This document shows, in pieces, positions 24,630 to 36,104 of a DNA stretch of 42,091 nt. Made by a program: the position numbers and the translations under genes. Numbering within the stretch: the first letter of the stretch is position 1; each line of letters opens with the position of its first letter. The notes under the pieces are model-generated. The model made no database searches, was not told where the DNA came from, and was given only the letters and a program-made list of their open reading frames with translations. The stretch spans positions 1-42,091 of the forward strand of contig MCFH01000113.1 in NCBI GenBank assembly GCA_002104945.1, written 5' to 3'. Source of the DNA: Piromyces finnis finn. Its lineage: Eukaryota > Fungi > Neocallimastigomycota.

Positions 24630-25632
24630 TGTTAAGTTTTTGGATTTGGTTATGCGGCCAGGTCAGAATGTTATCAATTATATAGTAAATATGTTTTTAA
24701 GAAATTAAATTTAAATATAAAATAACACTTTAAACTTCCAAATGAAAAATTAATATTTATTCTTTAGAATAACTTTTTTATAAAATTTTATTTATTTATT
24801 AATAATAATATTATAAATGATAATATATTTAATAACTATATAATTAAGATTATAACTATAATCTTTACAAAGAATTAAAATCGAATTCAATTCATTCTAT
24901 TTTATATTCTTTGTTCAGATTATTAAATTGATAAAAATAAAATATTACATGTAATATGTTAATAATATAATAAGATTGTTTGTTTGTTTGTTTGTTTGTT
25001 TTGTCATGACATAAAAATAAAATAAACATATGATTAATCATTTAGACACTTGATCCGTTAACCTATTTTATAATAATTAAAATTATTTAATTTATAAATG
25101 TTAACTGTTACACCTAAATGGTTTAGTTCTATTTTTAGTAACAGTCACTATCATTAATTAAATTAATATAATTAAAATTTCTATATTGATATCTTTTTAA
25201 TTTTTCGTCAAGTCATAAGAAATGTCTATGATCCATACTTGATATCATATTAATTTTAATTTACTTATTAAAATCTTCAAATGATCATATCTTCCTTAAA
25301 TGACCAGTTAGAAGGACCGCGATTGTACCAAAATGTAGCTTTTTCCTTAAGCTTTCTAATAAACCTGGTTTCATAGCCGTAGCACTTACAGCCGTAGCGA
25401 TCGTTTTTGGCGAGTTACACCTTGTTTCGTGTTTGTTTATTTTTGGTTAAGGGTTATAGTGTATTGATATTAAATTTTTTGAAATCATAACCCTTTCACT
25501 GAATCAAAATTTAAAAGGTGACTTTTAAAGGTGTTTTAAAATAATTATTGGGATTATTTAATTCTAATTATTATGTTTAATTAATTATAGATATTATCTG
25601 AATTTTTTTTAAATCCAGTTAATATCTTCACA
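24630..25632. mobile_element. Solo LTR family B, copy B2, 5-bp TSD ATTAA
   Basis: ATTAA at 24625-24629 and 25633-25637; homologous to B1. Confidence 0.9.
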
Positions 25633-25687
25633 ATTAACTAAGAAATATTAATTATGTATCAAATAATTATTATTTCTTACACAAAAA

Positions 25688-26308
25688 TGATAACGGATTG
25701 GTAGTTATATTATAACTTTTTAACTACTTCTTCTGTTATCTTATATTGTTTTATCTCGACAGCTATTGTACGAGCTTTAACAATATCTACTAGTTTTATT
25801 AATTTATTTTAAGTTATTTTATAATTTTAATAGTTTTATTATTTTAATAATATTTATATAGAATAATAACACCAGATTTATTCTATAAAATATTATTTAT
25901 TATTAACACAATAATTACAAATTAGACAAGTTTAATTTCGTTTTTGTATTTTCTTTTATTTATTGTTCTTACGCTCTTTTTAACAATAATTTTTATTATA
26001 TAAAAACTTATTTTTGTCTTTTAAATATTATTATGTATTCACTAATTAATTATATTAACTATTATTAAAATTTAACTTATTATTAATAATCTAAGTCTTC
26101 TTATTTTCTACTAAAAAATATTATTATTCTTTATAATAAAAATTATTTTTATAATTTAACCCAATCAAATATATAAATTTATAAAATATTTGATTTTATG
26201 TAAATTATATTTTTATAATAAACTATATAAAATTATTTAATAATTATTTTATAATAAAATTTTCTACTAATATCAAATGTATAATATATTTATAATTATT
26301 ATTTATCA
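25688..26308. mobile_element. Solo LTR K, TSD AAAA, 13 nt upstream of tRNA-Cys
   Basis: TGATAA...TTATCA perfect terminal inverted repeat; AAAA on both sides. Confidence 0.75.
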
Positions 26309-26321
26309 AAAAAAAAGAAAA

Positions 26322-26393
26322 GGGGTGTTAGCTCAGCGGTAGAGCAATTGACTGCAGATCAATAGGTCTTCGGTTCAAATCCGGAACGCCCCT
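26322..26393 (+). tRNA. tRNA-Cys(GCA)
   Basis: Acceptor stem GGGGTGT/ACGCCCC with U73 discriminator; anticodon arm ATTGA-CTGCAGA-TCAAT; GGTTCAAATCC B box. Confidence 0.95.
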
Positions 26394-26551
26394 ATTTCTG
26401 ACAATGAAATAATATCTATGTAATTACTTCTGTTCCTTTGAAGTATATCGTATATAAAAATGTGCGAAAATACATAGTATGAGTCTTTTTAGTATTACTT
26501 TACAATTTAACAGTAATTTATTTTGGCATAATTGAAATTATAATCTAAGTC

Positions 26552-26907
26552 TTTTATGATTAAATATTATTATTATAATATTTTATATAACACCAACACT
26601 TTATAAATAAATATTTGTATAATATGTATATATATTATTTTATATTTATTTATTATTATTTATTTATTAATATTTGTTATTAATATTTATTATTATTTAA
26701 TACAAGTTATTTAATAATGTCTTTTCTTATATTATGAAAAGAACTACATTTTAATAATAGTAAAAAATATATATTTATATAATATTAAATAAAATTATAC
26801 TTTTCATATAATTAATTTAATTAATACATAAAAATTTAAATAATATATAATTATATAATTAATTAATAGTAAATAAAATATAAAATTATTTCATTATAAT
26901 TTTAACA
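26552..26907 (-). repeat. Copia 3' LTR
   Basis: Matches 32125-32480; preceded on - by the PPT GGGAGAA (26908-26914). Confidence 0.93.
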
Positions 26908-26967
26908 TTCTCCCAAAAGTATAAATACTTTTATTTAATATTCATTTAATATTCATTTAATATTCAT

Positions 26968-29900
26968 TTAATATTTATGTAATAAATTATTTCTAAAAAT
27001 AGACATTTTTGTAGCATCCAAATATTTTGTGAAACCATCAGCAATGTTATTTAAGGACTTGATATATTCCAATTTAATTTTTTTTCTTTTACCATTTCTC
27101 TTATTTTATGATACTTAATATCAATATGTTTTGATTTTGGATTAATAGTATCATTTTCAGCATTATAAATTGCTGCCTGGTTGTCAATGTTTATTACAGT
27201 ACATTTATGAGTTATCCCAAACTCATTAAGTATGTTTGCATACCAAAGTGAATGTTTTCCGCACTCACATAAGCTGTAATATTCTGACTCAGCTGTAGAG
27301 GTAGCAATACAATGTTGAAGTTTCGAAAACCAACTCGTGGGACCACTTCCCATGAAGAAAACAAATCCGGTGGTTGATCTTCTGGTTACTTTGTCACTAC
27401 CGTAGTCTGCGTCTACAAAGGTCTTTAAAGAAGCTTCGCCTGAATAGAGCAATCCGTAATTAATGGTTCCTTTGTGGTATTTAAAAATTTGAATAACATT
27501 CTCCCAGTCTTTAAAAGTAGGTTCTTGTGATTTTCTGGCTGCTTTGGTGACTAAAAATAAAATGTCTGGTCTAGTAGATATAGCAAGATATAGTAAACTA
27601 CCAATGGCTGCACGATACTTTGTTGGGTTATATTTTTCTTGTTTATCATCAACTTCGTTTGCTGGTTTAGGTGTTTTGCAAGGTTTACAGTTTTCTAAGT
27701 TGAATTTTCTTAAGATATCTCTAAGGTATCTTTCTTGGTGAAGTAAGTATCCATTGTTTAATTTTTCAAATTTAATTCTAATAATAAAATCTGCATATCC
27801 AATATCGGTAACTTTGTATCTTTTCTTTAGTAATTCTTTAGTTTTATTTATTTCATAATTGTTACCTGATATTAGGATATCATCGACATATATTCCTAAC
27901 AAACATTTTATATTATTGTTATCATCTTTCTTAACGAAAATACAGGGTTCACTTACCAGTCTTTTAAATCCAATATTAGTTAAAGTATCAGTTATATTAT
28001 TATTCCATTCTCGTGCTGCTTGCTTGAGACCATAGAGTGCCTTATTTAGTTTCCAATAGCCTTTTCGGTAAGTAGAGTCTCCTTCTGGAGCATACATATA
28101 AATACATTCATTTAAGTCAGCATATAAATAAGCTGCCTTTATATCTAATTGATGTATATAAAATTTCTTTTCTGCTGAAATAGCTGTAAGAATTCTTAGT
28201 GAATCATGTTTTAATGTTGGAGAAAATGTTTCTTTGTAGTCCGTACCGTATTCTTGAGTGAATCCTCTAGCTACTAAGCGTGCTTTATACTTAGTAATGT
28301 TTCCTTTGCTATCCCTTTTAATTTTGAACACCCATTTTGAGGTAATTACATTAGTATTTTGTGGAACTTTGTTTATTTTTTCATATACTTTGCGTTCTTT
28401 CATATTGTTTAATTCATCATTTATAGCGTCAAGCCATCTTCTTTTATCTTTTCTCTTAAAGATTTCAAAAAAACTTGTTGGTTCTGTTATTTGGTTATCT
28501 GTCGTTGATGATTTATCAACGTTATTTATTTCTTTTCTTATTCTTTTACTAGTTGTATACTTTTCATTATTATCCAAAATTTTTCTTTTGTTCCTTGGAT
28601 AATTTGGATATTGTCTTTGTTCTACATCTAGTGAATGGTTTGGAATATAGCTTAATGAGTTATTATTTTTTTTTTGTTTATTTTTATTTAATTCTGATAA
28701 ACTAATTCCATTGTCCAAGTCTTTAGCCTTATAAGAAATTTTGTTCTTAGATTTTCTTTCGCTTTCAATTATTTTATTTATCCTTTCTTCTTTGTTTAAG
28801 AATTTATTTCTTTTAATTTTAATTTTACTTTCATCTTCACTTTCTTCGTCACTGTCGATTACTTTTCTTTTATTTTTCTTTTTATGAATATTATTATTGT
28901 TGTTTTTAATTTTATAACTGTTATTGTCTTTCATATTATTAATGAAGTTATTATTTATATTATTATTTATATTATTCTTATTATGTGAATTAATAATATT
29001 AACGTTGTTATCGTCATTATTATCATTAAATTTATTTATATGATTTATATTATTAATATCATTATCATCATATATTTCATTAATATTTTTATTTGTTTTA
29101 TTTAAATTATTATCTTCTTTTGTATTATTATTTTTATTTTTTATTTTATTTTTATTTTTTATTTTATTTTTATTTAAATCATTACTTTCATTTGAATTAT
29201 TATTTTCATCTGAAATATTGTTTTTATTTGGATTATCGTTTTCATTTGAATTATTGTTTTTATTTGAATTGTTATTTTCATTTAAATTATTATTTTCATT
29301 TAAATTATTATTTGTGTTTAAATCGTTATTTTCTTTTAAAATATTATTTTCATTTAAATTGTTATTTTCATTTAAATTGTTATTTATATTTAAATTGTTA
29401 TTTATATTTAAATTGTTATTTTCATTTATGTTATAATTTTTAATGTTTTCTTTATTATTATTGTTATAAATAATATTATCCTTATTATTATTACTATTAA
29501 TGCCGATATAGTTATTGTTGGCATTATATTTTATTTTATTAAAATTATTTGGAAAATCATTGTTATTAATGTTTGATGATATGCCAATTTCTATGTCCTG
29601 TTGAAGACTTTCGTTATCGTCCCCCTCCATTTCATTGATTAATGAATCATGATCGATGAAATTGACATTTTTGACGTTATCATCAAAATTAAAATTACCT
29701 GGTTGGTCTTCTAAAAATTCAACTACTCTTTTGATGACAATTTTAAAAGAATTTAAGTCAAAAATTCTGAATCCGGTAGAAGTGTCATCATAACCAATAA
29801 ATATGCCAGGTAGCGAAGTGCTTTCAAATTTGTGTTTTTCAGTGTTACGTTTAAGATGTAACACTTTACATCCAAAAACACGAAATTTACTGTAGTCTAC

Positions 29901-32096
29901 TGGGATATTATATAACATTTCATAGGGTACCTTCAAGTCATTTCCATTGTGAGGTAACCTGTTATGTATATAATTGGCAGTTCTGACTGCGTCTTCCCAG
30001 AATCTTCTACATAATTTAGCATCTTGCATCATAGTGGTAGCTGCATGGATTAGTACTCCATTAAACCTTTCAGCGCGTCCATTTTGTTGTGGATTATATG
30101 GTACAGTGAATTGTTGTGTAATACCATGAGTATCACAAAAATTTTTAAAATTTAAAGACTTATATTCTGTACCATTATCACTTCTTAAATATGTAATATT
30201 CTTTTTAAATTCATTGGTAACTTTATTATACCATATTTTAAACGCGTTAAACGCGTCACTTTTATTTTTTATAAAAATTACCCATCCATATCTTGAATAA
30301 TCATCTAAAAAGGTAATAAAATAATGATTACCGTATATAGATGACGCGTTAATGGGTCCAACTATATCAGTATGTACTAATTGAAGTACTTCTGTACTTT
30401 TATTAGTAGAACTATGATATGGTTGATTTTTTAATTTTGATAATGAACATGTTTCACAAATATCTTTAATGTTTATATTTAATAATTTATTTTCAATACT
30501 TTTGGCATGAAAATGACCTAATCTTCTATGCCAAAGATGTAATTTTTCATCATTATTTAACTTCCTAATTGAATAACAATACATTGGATTTTGTATTTGG
30601 TAGTTAAATAATTTTGTCTTTGATATATAAACATTAAATATGTTATGTTCATCTTCTCTTGATACATATATATTATTTTTATTTTTATCTTGGATAAATG
30701 CTGTGGCAGCATTATTTATATATTTAAAATTTACATTAAGACCTTCTTTAACAAAATTTGAAATAGATATTAAATTCCTTTTAATATCTGGAACATATAA
30801 AACATTTTTTAAAATTATTTGTTCTTTATTAAAGTAGCCTTTTATGTTGCCTATATGTGTAGAATAACCAACTTCACCATCCGCATAGTAAATTGGTTCT
30901 TTATGTCTTTTAATTTTATATAATAATTTAATATCGTTTGTAAGGTGAACTGATGCTCCTGAATCTAGCATCCACATACTAAAGTTCCCTTTTGATTTTA
31001 TAACCTTTTTATATTTTTTATTTGAAAAATTTACTTTTACAACACTGTTTGATTCTTTTTCATATGTAGAATCATAATCCACGTTGAATAAATTTGGTGT
31101 TATATCCTTGTAGTTACTTCTTTGTTTTGTAACTACATCTGCATATTTCTTTTTATATTTTTTATTTTGTTTATTTTTATAATTTTTATTGTTTGAATTA
31201 TATTCTTTTGCTAATTTTTCTTTAAATATGCAGTTTCTTTCAATGTGGCCTCTTTTATTACAAAAATGACATATTATATCATTTTTATTTTTATTATTTT
31301 TATTTTTATAATTTGAAAATTTATTATTTTTATGATTATAATTATCATAATTTCCATAGCCACTTTCACTACTAAAAACTTGATTAAATCCAAGCCTATT
31401 ACTTCGTTCCCTTTCTTCTGACCTTTGAACAGACTGAACTCTATTTGATACATATTCTCTACATAAAGTCCAGTTACCTTCATAATCGAATATATTTATC
31501 CATTGGTATTGTTTTGGCATAGCTCTGTATAAAACGGCGGCCTTTTCTTCTTCATCTATATGGACTCCCATGGATTCTAATGTTTCAAATTTTAAATTTA
31601 GTTTATTTACAAAACTGGCTATACTATCTTGTGGGTTGTATTTCATTCTATTCACTTCTTTAATAAGGTCAGTTTTCTTACTGGATTGGTTTCCTATATA
31701 TATACTTTCTAAAGTTTTCCATATTTGGTAACCAGTAAGTGTTCTACTTTGAACATCTTCAACTGATTTTGGTGCCAATGTACTTCTAATAAACATTCTT
31801 ACTTTATTATCAATAGCAAGAGTTTCATCTGTTACATTTTTATTATAGTACATGTTAGGCTCATGTGGGACTTCTTTATAATTTTCTTTTTCACTCTCTG
31901 ATATATTCTTTATATATATCTTTGGAGTTTTATTTTCATCAATATATTCTTCCAAACCGCAGCATCTTAAAATATCTCTGACTTTGATCTGCCAAGCTTG
32001 AAAATTTTCTTTATTAAGTTCTATTTGGAATTTTCCTATAAAACTAGAAGGGTCCATATTTGAACTTAGTAGATTTTTATTTTTATTATTAGACAT
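26968..32096 (-). CDS. Copia gag-pol polyprotein; one frameshift in the A-run near 27080
   Basis: CHFCNKRGHIERNC knuckle; LDSGAS protease; HRRLGH...CETC and DIVGP/SDNG/ERFN integrase; YVDD RT; DADY RNase H. The alternative frame continues IKLEYIKSLNNIADGFTKYL to a TAA at 26968. Confidence 0.92.
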
Positions 32097-32110
32097 TTTC
32101 TTGAGACAAT

Positions 32111-32124
32111 TGAGACTCTTAATC
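32111..32124 (-). promoter_or_regulatory. Copia PBS complementary to the anticodon arm of tRNA-Lys(CTT)
   Basis: GATTAAGAGTCTCA directly follows the 5' LTR; its complement is TGAGA-CTCTTAA-TC (stem, CTT loop, 2 nt of the 3' stem). Confidence 0.8.
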
Positions 32125-32480
32125 TTTTATGATTAAATATTATTATTATAATATTTTATATAACACCAACACTTTATAAATAAATATTTGTATAATATGT
32201 ATATATATTATTTTATATTTATTTATTATTATTTATTTATTAATATTTGTTATTAATATTTATTATTATTTAATACAAGTTATTTAATAATGTCTTTTCT
32301 TATATTATGAAAAGAACTACATTTTAATAATAGTAAAAAATATATATTTATATAATATTAAATAAAATTATACTTTTCATATAATTAATTTAATTAATAC
32401 ATAAAAATTTAAATAATATATAATTATATAATTAATTAATAGTAAATAAAATATAAAATTATTTCATTATAATTTTAACA
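32125..32480 (-). repeat. Copia 5' LTR
   Basis: On -, TGTTAAAA...ATCATAAAA; 356 bp. Confidence 0.93.
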
Positions 32481-34674
32481 AAGTCGAAAAATGTGTGAAA
32501 TTTAAATTATATTTATATAAAAAGCAAAAATATATATTAATGAGTTTCACTCCAACTACAATTATTATTATTGTTATTACTATTTAACATATAATGACTA
32601 TACTTTATCAACAAAATATTTTTTTTTTATGTAACTATATGTGGATGTGGATATATGAATAAATAATTATATTATAATTATTTTTATAATTATGAACTTT
32701 GATTTCTTAAAGGAAAGTAAAATCTCTTATTTATGATTAGTTAAAACTAATTTATTTAATGATTTTGATTATGTAATTTAAGAATAATCGTTTTAAATTA
32801 TTTTTAATTTTCTTTTTAAATTAAGTAAATAAAGACGTTTTATACTGATATAAAATATTTTATAACCATAATATAATTAATAATCTCCTAAACTATTAAA
32901 TAATAAAGCTTTTATTTAATTAAATAACTAAATAAAACTATTATTTAAATAAACTATTATAAATTCATTTATATTTATGAAAGATAAAACTACTTATTGA
33001 TATATTGATAATAAAAATTATATTATTAATGCCTTCTTTATTATAAATAAATGCTAAATTAATATGTTTTAGTTTTATAAATTATACAGAAAGTGATATA
33101 TTATATATTCCAGATTGTTTTTACTAATTTATTCTACAAACTTACTAAATTATTAAATAAAATTAAAACAATATTTCTATTTTTCTATTTTTATTTATAT
33201 TACATTATATTATTGTATCATAGTTAATATTTTTAAAATGATTCATTTTATTTGGGTAATGTTTAACTATTTCTAAATTAAAAATATTCATCAATAGTTT
33301 TTAATAATAAAAATTATTTCTTGTGTATAAACAACTATGTTTATAGCTTTCTAATTTTAACTTAAAAAATTATTTGATTTTAATATATAATTAATTTAAC
33401 ATTAAGTAATATAGATTATTATATATTAATTTAAGTCATAACTTTAAAAATAAATTATAAATTATTTAATAATTAGTCATTTGTTATATAAATTTGTAAT
33501 AATAAAAAGCAATAAAAGTATTAATAAATATTTATGGCTTCTAATTCATTCTTACTAATTATCTAAACCCTATCTTGAAGATTTTAATAAATAAATATTT
33601 AATTTTAAAAGTTTTAAAAAATGACAACTTTTATATTCATAGTAAATACAGTTTATAGTTTATTATTTCATAAATAATGATTAACCATATAAATAGGCAT
33701 ATAAATAAGTATATATTGAGATTTTACTTTTAGTAATATTATTATATTAATTAAAAAATGTAATAATGTGATGAATAGTTATCAAGCCAATATAGACTTA
33801 TAACATATATCTTCTATACTAATTTAAATAATCAAAATGTTATATTACTATAACTCTTATAAATATTAGTATGTAACTGAAAGCTAGAGCAAGAAAAGAT
33901 AGTTTAAGTTCTTTTAGAAAATGACGGTAGTGTGTGAATTTTGGAGGATATTATTCATTTTATGTATTATTTATTTTATTAAAGGATTATAATTGACTTT
34001 AATTTTTAATAAATTAATTTTTTTTAAAATTTTTTTACCAATAATCATTTGAAATAATTTTTGAATTGAATTAATAAGACACTATTTGAAATTAGCTTTA
34101 AATATAATCATAATAATTTATCAATTTATTAGTTTTATGCCTTTCCTTAATAAAAATTGTTTCTGGTTGATAAATTTTGACTGTTAATATAGTTTTATAT
34201 AATGAATATAATTTAAATTACATATTAAAATAAAGATAACAGAAATAATAAATATATTCTTAGTTGAATATTAATAAATAAATAATAAAAAAAAATAATG
34301 TAACAATTACTCGATCTTAATAGTATTTTAAATAAACAAATAATTTATACAATTATACTTTTAATTATAATTTATGTTTCATTATTAATTAACATTTAGT
34401 TAAAAGCTATGTATACTTTTAAAGCAGTTATATTTAAATAAATAATTTAAATAAATATATTTAATTAATTATTATCTAAAATATATTAGAAATAAAATTA
34501 GCATTTCAATTTATTTATCATTATCTATAAACTAATAACGTCAAGACATATTATAATTATGCAATAAAATAAATAGATTATAAAATAAAAATATTAAAGT
34601 AATTGAAATACTTTTTAAATTTCTTTCTTTAATACTTTTAATAATTAAAATATAGTATAAACCCAATAATAAAA

Positions 34675-34747
34675 TGCGAAGTGTGAGGTTCGAACTCACG
34701 ACCTTAAGATTATGAGACTTACGCGCTGCCGACTGCGCCAACTTCGC
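34675..34747 (-). tRNA. tRNA-Met(CAT), elongator type
   Basis: Acceptor stem GCGAAGT/ACTTCGC; loop CTCATAA; G1-C72 pair and TTCGAAC T loop indicate elongator; TTTT follows immediately. Confidence 0.93.
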
Positions 34748-34757
34748 AATAACTATT

Positions 34758-34839
34758 CGTCACCTGCAGGACTCGAACCTGCGCTCCCAAAGGGAAATGG
34801 CTTAGCAGGCCACCGCGTTAACCACTCCGCCAAAGTAAC
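34758..34839 (-). tRNA. tRNA-Ser(GCT)
   Basis: Acceptor stem GTTACTT/AGGTGAC with G73; anticodon arm GTGGC-CTGCTAA-GCCAT; long variable arm TCCC-TTT-GGGA. Confidence 0.95.
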
Positions 34840-34856
34840 TAATAATTAATTTAATT

Positions 34857-35688
34857 TGTTAAGGAATGAACATAAATAGTTGAATTAGCTAGAATTTTAG
34901 GAATTAACCTTCAACTATTTATATTCCTTACTAGTGTTTAACTCTATTTTTAAAATATAAAAATTATAATATATAATTTTTATACATTTTTCTAGTAATT
35001 ATTCATATTTTTATTATATAGTTATATTATTTGTATATAGTTATTTAAGACCTTTATTATTAGTATTAGTATAATTACTTATAATATTTTATACTTATAA
35101 ATTTTACAAAATTTTATTATTATTTAAGGTTTATTTTATTAATTAACTTTATTGTATAATATTTTATAATTTGAAATTATGACATAGAATTTAATTATAA
35201 TTTTTACTAAAAGAGGCAACTGTTACACACAAAACAGAAGATACCTCGACAGAAAAATTATTATTTATGTCTAAAAAAGGGCATAATTAATTGAATAATA
35301 TAATTTTATTATATGTCATAATAAAATATATAATATATGATATGCAAAAATGTTACACATATCATAAATTAAAATTTTATTAATTATAAATTAAAAAATT
35401 TTCTATTCAAATATTAAGAGATTATTCATAATATATATTAAGGATTTAATTAATATATGTTATAGTGAATGATCCATATATTATGAATGAAATCAATTTA
35501 AATCCTTAGCTATCCAAAACCATTAAATTTCAAATAATGGATAGTTGGAAAAAGTACGAGGATTTTTGAGAAAATTTTTAAAAATTGAAAAATCAAAAAT
35601 AAATTAAATGAATAAAAATTAAAATTAAATAAATTTTTATTTTTATAACTATTCAAGTGTTTTGTGATATCTTATTTGAACCGTAGCA
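34857..35688 (+). repeat. Element F 5' LTR (832 bp)
   Basis: TGTTAAGG...CCGTAGCA. Confidence 0.93.
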
Positions 35689-35695
35689 TAATTAA

Positions 35696-35713
35696 TGGTG
35701 GAGATATCGGGGA
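35696..35713 (+). promoter_or_regulatory. Element F PBS complementary to the 3' end of a tRNA-Ala
   Basis: TGGTGGAGATATCGGGGA; the complement ends ...TCTCC-A-CCA (U70-C71-C72-A73, consistent with Ala identity). Confidence 0.75.
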
Positions 35714-36104
35714 TAATAATAACATATTGATATCACACTACATTTTTATAGTTATTTTTATATTTATTTTTGTATTATTATTTAATTAAAATAGTTAATA
35801 ATTCAAAAGAGGGTTATACTAGTATAATAAAAAGTTATATACTTCAAGGCACAATTAAAATAGTTAATAGAGAGAAATTAATATTGTTAATTGGTGCAGT
35901 TAAGGAAGTATTTTATATTGGTATTACTAGTTTAACTAAAGAGAATAATTATTAGTGTTGTTAATTAAATATATTTCAAATATTGTTGTAATTCATTCTT
36001 TTAAATTCTTATAAAAGAAAATTATTTTTTTTTTAAACTTGTTTCATTCTTTAATATTATTGTAAAATTGTATTTTTATCTTTATTTAAAACTTGTATAT
36101 AAAA

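Larger units (their letters stand above)
22438..25683. mobile_element. Family G-related LTR L, interrupted by A2 and B2
   Basis: TGTAATAA...TTTCTTACACA; diverged G blocks at 22540-23110 in G2 orientation. Confidence 0.65.
26552..32480 (-). mobile_element. Full-length Ty1/copia retrotransposon, 5-bp TSD AAGTC
   Basis: Two 356-bp LTRs with no difference seen; single gag-pol ORF in PR-IN-RT-RH order; AAGTC at 26547-26551 and 32481-32485. Confidence 0.95.

Noticed and set aside
2804-25683. Segmental duplication explaining shared families in the two large stacks
   Set aside because: Order, orientation, nesting sites and TSDs differ between the stacks.
26934-26975. 11-bp repeat TTTAATATTCA, about 3.7 copies, at the copia 3' end
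   Set aside because: Short slippage repeat in AT-rich DNA with no sign of function.
27544-31483. Several short ORFs opposite to or overlapping the copia ORF
   Set aside because: Antisense or alternate-frame shadows of a long, low-complexity coding region.
32486-34670. AT-rich interval between the copia element and tRNA-Met
   Set aside because: No ORF, in-window repeat match or RNA motif that I can support.
34541-34741. 66-aa minus-strand ORF
   Set aside because: It reads through the tRNA-Met gene into AT-rich flank; no protein features.
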